The notes beneath the pieces are model-generated. The model saw only the letters and a program-made list of their open reading frames with translations. It did no database searches and had not been told where the DNA came from. The position numbers and the translations under genes were made by a program. From the NCBI GenBank assembly GCA_964035545.1, contig OZ037770.1:11118463-11182462 (forward strand): 64,000 nucleotides of DNA, in the 5' to 3' direction. This stretch comes from Bugula neritina. Taxonomy: Eukaryota; Animalia; Bryozoa. Positions 51,407 to 64,000 of this stretch are shown here, piece by piece (within the stretch, counting starts at the first letter, position 1; each line of letters begins with the position of its first letter).

Positions 51407-54257
51407 TTATTTAGCACCCCATTTCACAGCACCCCAGTGAGCAGTGGGACCATTGAATGGCCCATTCTTCATAGATTCATCAGAATTCATAAACTTTTGC
51501 AATGTTGGTAAGGCAGCAAATCTGAAAGAAAAAAGACAGAATTAAAAAATATCAAATGAATGTAGTGTGAATGTTAGTATAGCATGGATATGCTGTAGAA
51601 AATCAACAATTATTATTACAACTTACAGGAAATAGTGAAAAGCTTACCTGGCCATGTAGGCTTTCAGGTTATCATGTTTCTCTACACAACCAGGTTTGAA
51701 CTGATTCCAGATGTCAAGCAGATCGTAGACACAAAAATCTGCATACACTAGCTGCAATACAACAATAAAACAAGTATAAAAATCTTATATCAATTAAAAA
51801 TTATTTAATCTTCTACTACAAATACATATTGTAATAGATTTATGAGTTGGTAAAGTTAGCTGGAGAACATAACTCCTTGTAGTTAAGAGAAGAGTGAGAG
51901 AACAAATGGTTTCCAGGTGTAGATAGTCGGTATTTCAGCAAAAGAAATAGCGTAAGAGTCTGTATCAGTAGTGTACTCTTGGCGTGCTGCAATGGTAGAC
52001 TGATTTACACTGGCAAGCTCGCTTCCTTATATACTTTAGAAGTCGGGGGGGGGGGGCCTAAAGTTTGGACGCGCTGAATCTCTGAAACCCATAATCGGCC
52101 ACCCCCAATTCCGGAACCACCAATTCTGGCCGAGATTGTATTTACAAAACAAAAGAAAAATGGACCGTATAAAATATAGTTACAAGAGAAGGCAATTTCA
52201 AAGTTAACCCAAAATCTACTAAACCACTTCAAACTGCAAAGATCAAGCGTGGCCTAAAATGCTTAGCATGCCTTCTGATGTATTGTAGCTATAAAATATT
52301 CAATAAATTCAAGAAATCTAGTCAAAATAATTTTTGTTTTAGTTTGAAAGCTATTTTCTCAGGTTGCTAGCTTGCTGCAGTTCATAGTTTGCCCAAAAAC
52401 ACTGACATCAGTTTCTCACAAAGTTGGCTGCTTTAGAGTCTTATAAATGTAAATTTATGAAAATCAGTTATATGACTGATTTTTTCTGTGGTATTATTTA
52501 AAGCAATTATGATTTTAATACATACTGTATTTATTGTTTCTGGGTCAATGCTTGTGAAGGTTACCACATAAAATTTGCTATTTATAGAACAATAGATCAT
52601 AAAAGGTAACACTTCTTGCATTGATATGCTGGTAGTTAACAGGTAACTCACGCACTCACGCAAGTTTTTAGTCACCATCCCCGTGGGAAACCCCTGATAA
52701 AAAGGGTTTTTGTTGAAGCGGGCTAAGAACTTATTTAAATAAGGCACAGGAGCAATTATGACTGGATGCTCTTCCTAACACCACCAAAGGTTTTTGTCCA
52801 GGCTCGAACCTATGACCTTCATGTATACCAAGGAAACGCTCTAACCCCTAGACCACGGCTGCTCCCTTGGTAGTTAACAGGTAGCATGGAGCTAAAAACC
52901 CTCTCATAACCAAATAAAGCCAAACAATTAGGTTTTAGTAAAACTAATGCAACGTATTTGCTTACTTCAGATCCACCAAACCAGTCCTGATCCCCCAGCT
53001 CCTTGGGGAACTGTGCCAATTTATCATCAAGTCCTGCCACTAGTTCATCTTTCTTCTCATCCTGTAAAATCAAACACCTGCTACAACCACCCAGCCACGA
53101 CACAGATTTGATCATCAGTCTTAGTGCAACTCCAACAATACAACTTCATTTAGGAGCAGTAGTGGAAAAATTGAGATAGCCTAAGTTCTTTAATTGTATC
53201 ATTAAACTTTGGTTTGGGTCGAGGCTTGAAATTCTTGCGAGATTGTCACTTCTTATGCTACATTTCTAATCTAAAACACAGGCTTTTCTCAGTTTCTCCA
53301 TTACTCCACCGACCTCCACAATTTATTCTAACAGAAATAAGCTACATAGCAGGCTATTATATATGTTTATCTTTATTACTTTTACATCCATTGTCATAAG
53401 GGCTGTATGTTAAATAATGAATTTATTTGACATATGATTGATATGTTTTTCGGCCACTTTGTTGTGTTATCTACACTACCATTGGCTTATTTTCTAAGAA
53501 TCAAGTATTGTTTTGTAAATCATAGTCAAGTCACATTTTTGAGTTTTTTGGTCTTCAAGTTCTGTTAACTTATGAAATTCACTAGCTGATTGCTTTATCA
53601 ACTGCAGTGTGAGACTTGTAAAATAATTTTGCCTTTACTGGGGTTCGAACCCAAGACATCCAGCTTGCAAGCAGGTACACTAGCCATTACACCACAGGGA
53701 CCACTGGGTTATCACAGAACTTATAAAAGTGTTTGGGTAATAAAACAAGTAAAGTTACTATACATACATAATTGTCACCATATAAAACTCGGACAAACTC
53801 GGTGCGACGCCACATCGCAGCACTGTATGTCATGTCATTGTTTATCTTCGCCTGCTCTGTACTGCCATCTATAAAAGTAAAGATCAAAGTAAATTTAGGA
53901 TAAACCAAACTGGTGCGCTAGATCACCATACTCACTAACACTAAGCATTTGGGCCTTCAGCCTAACACAGATATTTTTTATCAACAGTAAGCTTTTCAAC
54001 CAGAGAAATTACTTTTCTGCAAGTGAGTTCAATTTACTATGTAAAGTAATGGTGAAATGAAGAGTGTAACTCTTTTCTAAACTTTTGCATTTGTAATTTC
54101 ACTTATATATATGCGAATTCCATAGAATATAGATGCTAGGATTACTATAAACTCAAATGCAGTGGGTTTATTTACCTAAACCGTGTTTCCTTCCAAGATA
54201 TGCAAAGATGGCACTCGTTTCTGTAATTTTTATATCTCCGTCAATATAATATGGAAG
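51407..54257 (-). CDS. Glutathione S-transferase Mu-like, paralog 4; exons 3-7 only, exons 1-2 displaced by mtDNA
   Basis: Exons 54257-54176, 53868-53768, 53061-52966, 51751-51648, 51521-51407; no stops; close duplicate of paralog 3; ends ...[14 protein letters not shown]. Confidence 0.85.
52646..52867 (-). mobile_element. tRNA-derived SINE family 1, 222 bp, with 16-bp TSD
   Basis: TSD tggtagttaacaggta at 52630-52645 and 52868-52883; empty site in the paralog near 36865; A box TGGTCTAGGGG, B box GGTTCGAGCC, (GCGTGAGT)2 tail. Confidence 0.92.
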
Positions 54258-54279
54258 CTGTAAGATTAAAGTATATATA

Positions 54280-54325
54280 TATAAAATAAGGTTTAACCCT
54301 TTTCAGGGTTAAACCTTATTTTATA
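54280..54325. repeat. Perfect 21-bp stem, 4-nt loop hairpin at the nuclear-mtDNA junction
   Basis: tataaaataaggtttaaccct-tttc-agggttaaaccttattttata. Confidence 0.95.
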
Positions 54326-54342
54326 GGCTACTGTAGTTATAG

Positions 54343-55032
54343 TTAAATAATTTTATCCGGATGTTCGTCAGCGTATAGTGTGGGTAACAAAGAAAAAATG
54401 TAGGCTTGTACAAAACAAACTCCTATTTCGAATATGCAATAAGCAGATCCGAGTGCTATTAATAAAATTCTTACTGGTAAAGGTGATCTAACTATTCCTG
54501 TTCCTAAGAGTCTTATTAGAATGTGCCCGGTTCTTAAGTTTGCGGTTAATCGAACAGCTAATGTTAAAGGGCGTACTATGAGCCTCACTAACTCAATAAG
54601 GCATAAAAAAGGACTAATTATTGCAGGTGCGCCCAAAGGCTGAAGGTGAGCTAAAAATTCTGATAAGTTAAATCTTATTCTTTTTATCAAAATATGCAAT
54701 CATAGAATTAAGGCTAGTCTAAGATTAATTACTAAATGTCTAGTGGCTCTAAAAGTATAAGGCGTTAATCCAAATAGATTAAGTGTTAAAACTGTGGTTA
54801 TAATAGCTGTTATTAAGGAAGAAGAGCCCAGTATTGTTTTTATATTTCTTCGTGCAACTAATTCTGAGACAACAGATTTTATTGTGTTGAAAAAAGAAAG
54901 TTTAGAGCTAGTAAATCATATTTTTTTTATTAACAGCACACAAAGTGTAATAAGTGTGATTCAAATAAGTATATAAGCGTCAATAAGTACCTTGTTATGG
55001 TCGTCAAATGTGGAAAAAATGTCTATTGCCAT
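54343..55032 (-). CDS. atp6: ATP synthase F0 subunit 6 (mitochondrial)
   Basis: 690 nt ATG..TAA; MAMDIFSTFDDHN...VRPLTLAVRLTANL...VQAYIFSLLPTLYADEHP. Confidence 0.93.
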
Positions 55033-55034
55033 GA

Positions 55035-55090
55035 TCTAAAAGGGAGTTTAATCCCTTAATAAAATTCAAAGTTTTATTATATGTTTTAGA
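55035..55090 (-). tRNA. trnQ: mt tRNA-Gln (UUG), D-arm reduced
   Basis: Anticodon arm ataaaa-ctTTGaa-ttttat; acceptor tctaaaa/ttttaga. Confidence 0.7.
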
Positions 55091-55099
55091 GAATTGGAT

Positions 55100-55157
55100 T
55101 ACGTTGGGGGTTTTAATTACCCATTTTACGGTTTACAGCCATAGTTATTTCCCACGC
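55100..55157 (-). tRNA. trnY: mt tRNA-Tyr (GUA), D-arm reduced
   Basis: tatgg-ctGTAaa-ccgta. Confidence 0.7.
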
Positions 55158-55228
55158 TTAAGATGATGTTAAGTTAAACTCTTTTTGATTCGAAATCAAA
55201 TATACTTATTTATGTATTAACCATCTTA
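55158..55228 (-). tRNA. trnR: mt tRNA-Arg (UCG)
   Basis: tttga-ttTCGaa-tcaaa; acceptor taagatg/catctta. Confidence 0.7.
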
Positions 55229-55237
55229 AAGTATTTA

Positions 55238-55307
55238 AAAGTAAATACATATGTTTACATGATCTTCAGATTACAAATCTGTTGCTTCTTCAAAGCTTTA
55301 TTTACTT
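55238..55307 (-). tRNA. trnT: mt tRNA-Thr (UGU)
   Basis: caga-ttTGTaa-tctg; acceptor aagtaaat/atttactt. Confidence 0.7.
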
Positions 55308-55311
55308 ATTT

Positions 55312-55437
55312 TTAAATTTTGTTAGGCAAGTTGGTTAATATTGGGTTAAATGTTTCTAAAGAAATTATGTTTGATAACACTAAAGATCAAATAATGAAGT
55401 AGATTATGTTTCAGTTTAAAGGGCTTAGGTGAGGCAT
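55312..55437 (-). CDS. atp8: ATP synthase F0 subunit 8 (mitochondrial), 41 aa
   Basis: MPHLSPLNWNMIYFIIWSLV...*; MPHLSP start typical of lophotrochozoan atp8. Confidence 0.85.
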
Positions 55438-55447
55438 AATAGAAATT

Positions 55448-56983
<1,536 letters not shown>

Positions 56984-57090
56984 AAAAAGAAAGAATTACG
57001 AAATTTAAGAAGAAGAAGAGAAGGGGGAGTTTATATGTAATATATAGAGGAGTTGTAAAATATATAATAATATAAATAAATAGAAAATTT

Positions 57091-57561
57091 TTATGTTAAA
57101 AAAGGACGTAATGGTTTTTGTGATTTAAAACAAATATACACCACTATTACTAAAGTAATAAGTAAGATGATAGTTATTAATCAATATACAGGTAAATTAA
57201 ACTTTTGAAAAAGGAAAAAGACTTCGTTTTCATAATTAAGGTTGCTTTTGGGAAAAAAAAAGATTTTTTTGTTTTGAAAAAAACATATTCTAAATCCTAA
57301 GATAATGTAAATTATTAGCTTTTTGTTAAATCTTTTAGGGTTGGGGCTTATAGCTATTATGTAGCCAAAAAGTACTAATAAGCCGCTAATATAAATTAAA
57401 AATAAGATTATTGCAAATCACGAGTTAATCATTTTTGCAATAATAATTGTCCTAAGTAACGGGGCGAGAATTATTATGCCTCCTAATGTAATAATGCTTT
57501 CTATTAAGGGGGTGATTAAAATAAGTAAAGATATTATATAGACTAAATTCCTTAAATTCAT
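57091..57561 (-). CDS. nad6: NADH dehydrogenase subunit 6 (mitochondrial)
   Basis: 471 nt ATG..TAA; SWFAMILFLIYISGLLVLFGYMMAMSPN...KPLRP. Confidence 0.88.
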
Positions 57562-57622
57562 AGGCTTTTGGGGATGTGCATCCCCATTTTCAGAGTTCAA
57601 ATCTAAATGTATTGAAAAGCCC
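57561..57622 (-). tRNA. trnS2: mt tRNA-Ser (UGA), D-arm reduced
   Basis: ttaga-ttTGAac-tctga; T-arm gggga/tcccc. Confidence 0.65.
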
Positions 57623-57626
57623 TGTT

Positions 57627-57694
57627 AAAAAGGGCGTACTTGAAAACGCAAACTTAGTTTGACAAACTAAAATTATTTTTTAATTACCTTTTTT
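57627..57694 (-). tRNA. trnD: mt tRNA-Asp (GUC)
   Basis: ttagt-ttGTCaa-actaa. Confidence 0.7.
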
Positions 57695-57731
57695 TTTGAT
57701 GAACTTCATTTAATTGAGAGATAAAGATCTT

Positions 57732-57797
57732 AACACTAAAAGTAGTAATTCTTTTCTTTTAAGGTATCAGCTTAATTCACATATGTGATTTAGTGTT
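57732..57797 (-). tRNA. trnI: mt tRNA-Ile (GAU)
   Basis: ttaag-ctGATac-cttaa; acceptor aacactaa/ttagtgtt. Confidence 0.7.
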
Positions 57798-57860
57798 AAT
57801 TGAGGGGAAGTTCCATTTTAAGGTTATGAGCCATACAGCTTAGATTTAGCTTACTCAATT
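57798..57860 (-). tRNA. trnM: mt tRNA-Met (CAU)
   Basis: gtaagctaa...aagct D-arm and ggctCATaacc anticodon loop. Confidence 0.8.
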
Positions 57861-57893
57861 AAACTCAATTTTGTTAACAAAATTTGTAAAAAT

Positions 57894-57954
57894 TAATAAG
57901 GTACATTTGTTTATTATGTACTTAAAAGATTTTAAATCTTTTTTCTTCCTTATT
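57894..57954 (-). tRNA. trnL2: mt tRNA-Leu (UAA), D-arm reduced
   Basis: aaaga-ttTAAaa-tcttt; acceptor aataagg/ccttatt. Confidence 0.65.
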
Positions 57955-57988
57955 TTGAGGTCAAGTTTAATTAAGATTGTAAGTGTTT

Positions 57989-58057
57989 CAGAAAACGAGT
58001 TAGAGGTATCTCGATGACTATCTTCCAAAGATAGAGTTTTGTTTAAACTATTTTCTG
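57989..58057 (-). tRNA. trnP: mt tRNA-Pro (UGG)
   Basis: cagaaaatagttta...ctatc-ttTGGaa-gatag. Confidence 0.78.
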
Positions 58058-58075
58058 GAGACTTTGATAATTGAT

Positions 58076-58133
58076 TTATAATGGGTTATAGAATAACCTG
58101 TGTGCTCTTTGTAAAAGAGTGGGCTTCATTATA
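58076..58133 (-). tRNA. trnV: mt tRNA-Val (UAC), D-arm reduced
   Basis: ctct-ttTACaa-agag; acceptor tataatg/cattata. Confidence 0.65.
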
Positions 58134-58148
58134 CTTTAGTTATGATTT

Positions 58149-58212
58149 ACCCTATCTAAAGTTTTAGATTTTTTACTTGGAAGGTAAATATAATGTCTTA
58201 TATTAATAGGGT
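58149..58212 (-). tRNA. trnG: mt tRNA-Gly (UCC)
   Basis: tttac-ctTCCaa-gtaaa. Confidence 0.75.
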
Positions 58213-58214
58213 TG

Positions 58215-59485
58215 GTGTGTTTTAATATGGTGGTTTATTTTTGTTGTTATTTTATTTTTTGTAAAAGAATTATTCTTTTTTTTTTGTTCCTTTCGTAATT
58301 AAAAAAAATTTTCTTAGTGAGGATAGAAACCGGACTAGCTTACGCCGACCTGAACTCAGATCATGTAAGGTATTAAAAGCCGAACAGGCTTACTTTAATA
58401 AACTTCTGCATTTAAAAGTTACCTTAGTCCAACATCGAGGTCGCAAACTCATTCCTTCAATTAGATCTCTCTGGAAGAATTACGCTGTTATCCCTGAGGT
58501 AGTTTTTCTTTTTTCTCTTTGAGGATCTGTTTTCTTTTGATATATCAAAAATTTTTTTTTAAAAGAGTTTAAATTTGATCTTTTATTGCCCCAATAAAAG
58601 TGAATTTATTATTTTATTAATTTCACTACAAACTCTACAGGGTCTTTTCGTCCTTCACTGTTATAGGAGATTTTTCACTTCTAAATCAATTTTAATAGTA
58701 TGCTTGGAGACAGTTAAGCCTCGTTATCTTCTTTCATTCTAGTCTCCAATAAAAAGACAAATTATTATGCTACCTTAGCACTTAGTCGCGGCCGTTAAAC
58801 ATTGGTCACCGGGCAGATAGAACTTCTTATGGTTTCAAGAAGCTATGTTTTTGTTAAACAGTCGTTGCTTAGGTTTGCCGAGTTCCTTTAGGCATTTTGA
58901 TAGTATTTGGAATGTTAAAAAATTGTTTTACTTATTCAACCATTTTTGTTAAGAATTTTTTGTTTTTTCTAATAACTTTTTATTGTGGAGTAAGATTATT
59001 TAAACTAGAATTATGTATATATTTTATTTACCAAATTAAGAGGTTTTTTATCTTGGGTATTTTTAGTCCTAGTATGATTTGTTATTATATTAAGTTAGAT
59101 AATTCTTTTTCTAATTTTAGCTTTTCCCAAAATTAGTACTCTCCATTTTTAGGAGTCACACTTGTATGTGTTTAAAAAGTAACCAGCTATCTGTAGGTGC
59201 GAATGACATTTCATCTCTATTTTTATTTTTAAAAATAATTTTGTTACATTATTTTTTTGTGTTCTTAACTAAATAAAAATAGCTCACGCTACTTTCGGGT
59301 TTATAAAATTGATTTTTTAGTTAGGTAGATTATGATACACAAGGTAGAAGGTTCTATCTTAGCTTAGTTTTTTTTGTTATTCCCTATCGGTGTGTTGTGT
59401 TTTGTTTTTGTTCTATCTTCTATACTAAATATAATTTATGTTTAAGGTAACAAAAAGTTTTTATGTTAAAATTTTAATAAAGTAC
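58215..59485 (-). rRNA. rrnL: Mitochondrial large subunit rRNA (16S)
   Basis: Reverse complements of conserved motifs: tgaactcagatcatgta, tccaacatcgaggtcgcaaac, tacgctgttatccct, tatgctacctt, gcggccg. Ends approximate. Confidence 0.93.
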
Positions 59486-59487
59486 AT

Positions 59488-59538
59488 TTATAAGAGTTAT
59501 GTATTTTTTAGATTCTAAATCTAATATTTTCTTTATTG
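59488..59538 (-). tRNA. trnL1: mt tRNA-Leu (UAG), reduced
   Basis: ttaga-ttTAGaa-tctaa; boundaries approximate. Confidence 0.55.
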
Positions 59539-59541
59539 GTT

Positions 59542-59607
59542 TGGGTTAAGTGAAAAATTCACAAAGTTTTAGTTAACAGCTAAATACCGTTTTTGGCTTT
59601 TAACCCT
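59542..59607 (-). tRNA. trnN: mt tRNA-Asn (GUU)
   Basis: ttag-ctGTTaa-ctaa; acceptor gggttaa/ttaaccc. Confidence 0.75.
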
Positions 59608-60480
59608 TTAGGAACACTTTCAAGTACGCCTACTGTGTTACGACTTATCCCCCTATAGGGGGGATTGACGGGCGATTTGTGCATTTTCTAGGTGTAGTTC
59701 ATAAAAGGGTGTTAAAATTTTATTACTGCCGAGTACTATTTTATAAAATTTTTTTATTTTTTATTTCATTAACTATTGTAATGTAGCTCATAATATCCTT
59801 TCTATAAGTTGCACCTTGACCTGACTTGGGGATTTCACAATCAAAAAGTTAACTTTATTTCTCTTTGAGGTTAACTAGACGGAGGTATACAAACTGAAAG
59901 TTCAAAGAAAGGTGAAGATTAATGCGGATTATCATTTAAATTACAAGCTCCCCCGGTTGTGGTTAGAAAACCGCCAAGCTCTTTAGGTTTTAAGCTGTAG
60001 CCCGTAATACCCTGGAATTTTTAGTTTAATATTATTAGTAGTAGGGTCTCTAATCCTAGTTCTAAAGTTAATTTTCATGGTTTAAATTATTTGAAGGGTT
60101 GGAAAGCAGTAAATTATATTAAACTTTTTTTTTATTTTTTTTCCTTCTTTAATTGTTATATTACCATCTTTCCTAATTAATAACTTAGGTAATTGTGTAA
60201 CCGCGGATGCTGGCACAATTTTTTCCACCTTTTTTCTCTCATTTTCAACTGATTTTCATCATTGTTGTAAAATTAAGCACTGCATTTACAAAGTATTTAG
60301 GAATGTTAATATTATTTTATTTCCTTTATTTTTTCTGTTATTAACAATTTTACTTTTAGTTATATAGTTGTTTGTTGGTTGGCTTACACTTGCATGCACA
60401 CTAATTGAGAACAGTTCGTTTTATTAATTTTGAGCCAGAGCAAAACTCTATTTTCAAGTGAAGAGTTTCTTAGATTACTT
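59608..60480 (-). rRNA. rrnS: Mitochondrial small subunit rRNA (12S)
   Basis: Reverse complements: gttacgacttatc, gacgggcgatttgtg, ccgccaag, tctaatcctagt, taaccgcggatgctggcac. Ends approximate. Confidence 0.93.
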
Positions 60481-60491
60481 GAATGTTTACT

Positions 60492-60552
60492 GTTATCTAG
60501 AAGCGGTAGAATCTTTAGCGTGAAAAGCTAAATGTTTGTTTAACAGCATAAT
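60492..60552 (-). tRNA. trnE: mt tRNA-Glu (UUC)
   Basis: ttagc-ttTTCac-gctaa. Confidence 0.65.
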
Positions 60553-60699
60553 TTTTATAAAAAAGTACTTTTTTTTAAAATTTTTTGTGTTTAGGTTACT
60601 TTATATCATTTATTTATTTACTTTAATTTTGTAATTCTCTTTTTTTACTTTTAAAAATGTCATATTTTTTTATTATACTTAATATTTTCTTTAATGTTT

Positions 60700-60767
60700 T
60701 GATTGGGAGATTTTATTTACCTCATCATTAGATTAAAAGTCTAATGCTTTTATTAAGCTACCTATCA
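60700..60767 (-). tRNA. trnK: mt tRNA-Lys (UUU)
   Basis: ttaga-ctTTTaa-tctaa with tagcttaa D-arm. Confidence 0.78.
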
Positions 60768-60900
60768 TTTTTAGTTTGTTTATGCAATAGATTATATGAG
60801 TGTGCTTGTGTTAATCTTTGATAAAAATTTTCTTGTTTTAATTTGATGTTTTTTATAATTTTAAGAGTATCTTTTCAAATTTAAAGTAAATAAAAATAAA

Positions 60901-60961
60901 TATAGTATACTTTAAAAAGATTTCATTTGCAATGAAAAATTGATAAGTTTTATCTGCTATA
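60901..60961 (-). tRNA. trnC: mt tRNA-Cys (GCA); could be read as tRNA-Ala (UGC) on the + strand
   Basis: ttca-ttGCAaa-tgaa; minus strand chosen because all neighbouring genes are minus. Confidence 0.55.
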
Positions 60962-61022
60962 AAATTTTTTTGTTTTTTTATAAATTTTTATATTATTAGG
61001 ATTTTAAATTATGGGGTTTGTT

Positions 61023-61088
61023 TAGTACTTAAGAATACAATCTTATTCTCAACTTTGAAGGTTGAAAGTTTAAATTAACTTAAAGTGC
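61023..61088 (-). tRNA. trnW: mt tRNA-Trp (UCA)
   Basis: tcaac-ctTCAaa-gttga; UCA anticodon fits TGA=Trp. Confidence 0.78.
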
Positions 61089-61098
61089 TTTTTATCTT

Positions 61099-61905
61099 TT
61101 AACTTCCTCATCAGTAGATAGAAATAAATAAAAATAATCAAACTACATCTACGAAATGTCAATATCAAGCTGCGGCTTCAAAGCCTAAGTGGTGTGTTTT
61201 AGTGAAGTGTAATTTCATGTGTCGTATACAGCAGGTAATTAGAAAGATTGTCCCGATTATTACGTGTAGTCCATGGAATCCGGTGGCCACAAAAAAAGTA
61301 GTGCCGTAAATCCTGTCTCTTAGTGAGAATCTTGTTTCAATGTATTCACACCCTTGAAGGTATGTAAAATATAATCCTAGTAGGATTGTTATGGCTAATG
61401 ATTGTGTTCTTTCTTTGTAATTTCTTGTGAGTAATGAGTGGTGTGATCAGGTTACTGTGATTCCGGATGCTAGCAATACTACGGTGTTTAGTAATGGCAC
61501 TCTCCATGGTGATAAGGCGTTGACACCGGTTGGAGGTCAGTTCCTTCCTAGTTCGATAGTAGGGGCCAATCTTCTATGAAAAAAAGCCCAAAAAAAAGCG
61601 AAAAAAAAACAAATTTCTGAAATAATAAATAAAATTATTCCGATTCGTAGTCCTTTAGCTGTTTTTTTTGTGTGAAATCCTATTATTGTTCTTTCTCGTG
61701 TCACATCTCGTCATCACTGTATTATAGTGATGATAATTAAAATAATACCTAAATAAAATAAATTTATGTTAAATTTGTGGAATCATGCTGCGATTCCTCT
61801 GGTTAGTATAAGGGCTCCTATGGATCCGGTTAAAGGTCAAGGTCTATATTCTACTAAGTGGTAAGGATTAACTAATCATTTTTTTGTGTCTGTTTTTAAT
61901 TTCAT
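61099..61905 (-). CDS. cox3: Cytochrome c oxidase subunit 3 (mitochondrial)
   Basis: 807 nt; [12 protein letters not shown]...[12 protein letters not shown]...EAAAWYWHFVDVVW...YWWGS*. Confidence 0.95.
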
Positions 61906-62841
61906 TTAGATGTTGTTATGAGTTACTAGTATAGTAACTCTGCAAATTGTTAAAGTTAAGAAAGTCTTTCAGGTCAAAGATATTAATGTGTCATATCGTA
62001 TACGAGGGAATGTTGCACGTACTCATAAAAAAGTAAAAGCTAAGATTATAATTTTTACTATTTGTGTAACATTAATTCTTTCAAATTTGCCTTTTAATAT
62101 TAACGTTCTTGTTAGGACTGTAATGAATAAAATTCTTCCGTATTCTGCAATAAATAGTAGAGCAAATTCTCCTCTCCCGTATTCAATGTTAAAACCTGAT
62201 ACCAGTTCTGATTCTCCTTCTGCTAAGTCAAATGGTGATCGGTTAGTTTCTGCTAGTATGGTAATTATTCATGCTGAAAAAATTATAGGTAGAATAAATA
62301 TTATTCATAAACTGGGTATTTGTCTGAAGGATGTTTTTTCTATATTGAAATTAAGAGAGATTAATACAATACTTATAATTAATAGTGCTATGCTGATTTC
62401 ATAAGAAATAGTTTGGGCCACAGCACGGATTGCTCCTAGTAGTGCATATTTAGAGTTAGAAGCTCATCCAGATAGTATGATAGTGTATACATTTAAACTT
62501 GAGATTACAATAAATAGTATGATTCTTAGTTTTACAATAGTGTTGTGATTAGCTGGTGTATTATATAATATTCAGGTAATAAATATGATTGAAGTTGCTA
62601 GTATTGGTCTAATGTTGTATAATACAAATAAGGATTTCTGAATTTTTGTTGTTTCTTTGGTAAACAGTTTTATAGCGTCAGCTAAAGGTTGAGGGATACC
62701 TAAGAATCCAGCTTTGTTAGGTCCTTTACGTAGTTGGGCATAAGACAATACTTTTCGTTCTATTAGAGTATAAAACCCTACTCTGAGGGCTAGACAAAGA
62801 AATATAGTGATAGATTTGATTATTGTGTTGATTGTTATCAT
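61906..62841 (-). CDS. nad1: NADH dehydrogenase subunit 1 (mitochondrial)
   Basis: 936 nt; [16 protein letters not shown]...QPLADAMKLFTKE...[24 protein letters not shown]...FPRMRYD. Confidence 0.95.
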
Positions 62842-62842
62842 T

Positions 62843-64000
62843 TTATAAGTTTATAAGTGTAAATATTGTGATTAGTATAATCCTAGTTATGGTTATAACT
62901 CAAGATATATTAGTACTTGATTGGTTTAGTTGTGTGTTTTTTTTCATTAGTTTTTTTATTCCTATTCCTCTTATTTTTTCTATTCAGGTGTTTTCGTTGT
63001 ACTGTATGATTTTTATTAATGTTGTGCTTTTTTTGTTAATATGGAAAGTCGTAATAAACGTTAAAAATCATATAGTGGTTAAAAAATGGTTTTGGGGGAT
63101 TTTTTTATGTTTTATTACTATTCATATTATAATTCCTATAAAAGTAATAATTGTAATAGTTAGTAATTTTATATAAATTGGTAAAGTTAAGTCTATTAGA
63201 TGAGGTGAAAAAAATCAATTTATCCTAGCTCCTCTGGTAATGGCCCCAATTGTTAGAGTTAAGTATGAAATTAGTGATATTTTTCTTTGGTCTCTTAAAT
63301 TTTGTATTGTTGGACCTTTGGTGGGACTTCACAAAGTTAATAAGGCTAGTTTTATTGAGTATGCGGAGGTTAGTGAGACTCTTAATAGTATTAATATTAT
63401 GGTTAGGATTGGTACATTGGTATGTATAATTGTTTCGATAATTAAGTCTTTAGAATAAAAACCTGCTATAAAAGGTAGTCCGCATAATGATATGTTGGCA
63501 ATATTTAGTGTAGTCGTGGTTAAGGGCATGGTTTGATTCATGTTTCCTAGTATTCGTATATCTTGGTTATTAAAGTTTCTGTGAATAATGTTACCTGCAC
63601 AAATAAATAGTAATGCTTTAAAAAGAGCATGAGTAATAAGGTGAAAAAATGCTAAATCGGGTTGGTTTGTCCCTAAAGACATTATTATTACTCCTAGTTG
63701 TCTGAGTGTGGATAAAGCAATTATTTTTTTTAAATCGTTTTCTATACATGCTCTTATTCTGGCTATTAAGCAGGTTATAATTCCGGTGATTATTATGAAT
63801 ATTGAAAAGTGTTTTAATATATTAAAAGAGGGGAAAAATCGGATTAATAAGTAAATTCCTGCTGTAACTAAGGTAGAGGAATGCACTAGAGCGGAAACAG
63901 GGGTGGGGGCTGCTATTGCTGCGGGCAGTCAAGCTGAAAAAGGTAATTGTGCACTTTTAGTTATGGCTGCTAATATGATCCTTATTATAATAAATGTAGG
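62843..64000 (-). CDS. nad5: NADH dehydrogenase subunit 5 (mitochondrial), 5'-partial
   Basis: [61 protein letters not shown]. Confidence 0.95.

Larger units (their letters stand above)
46690..54277. repeat. Segmental duplication copy B (paired with 29400-38290)
   Basis: See copy A; ends abruptly at the mtDNA junction. Confidence 0.9.

Overview
AT-rich animal (invertebrate) nuclear DNA with spliceosomal introns, so the unspliced ORF track is mostly uninformative; genes below were rebuilt by hand from GT-AG boundaries. The window holds: (1) the 3' nine coding exons of ACAD8 (+, 82-5266); (2) four Mu-class glutathione S-transferase genes on the minus strand, three complete (one lacking the Mu loop) and one 5'-truncated; (3) a decayed Maverick/Polinton (adintovirus-like) element near 25.4-27.1 kb with protease, major capsid, QKGGFL core-protein and packaging ATPase remnants, surrounded by repeated accessory genes, including an intact three-exon RING-finger micro-gene with four decayed paralogs and TATA+CAGT promoters; (4) a four-exon, still open PARP-like domain whose NAD-binding residues are replaced; (5) a segmental duplication offset by ~16 kb; (6) tRNA-derived SINEs and several MITE/foldback families; and (7) from ~54280 to the window end, at least 9.7 kb of apparently intact mitochondrial genome (invertebrate code, probably lophotrochozoan, possibly cheilostome bryozoan) fused into intron 2 of the fourth GST at a TA run plus a perfect 21-bp hairpin. 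This is either a very recent NUMT or an assembly chimera. All homology calls are from recalled motifs, not database searches.
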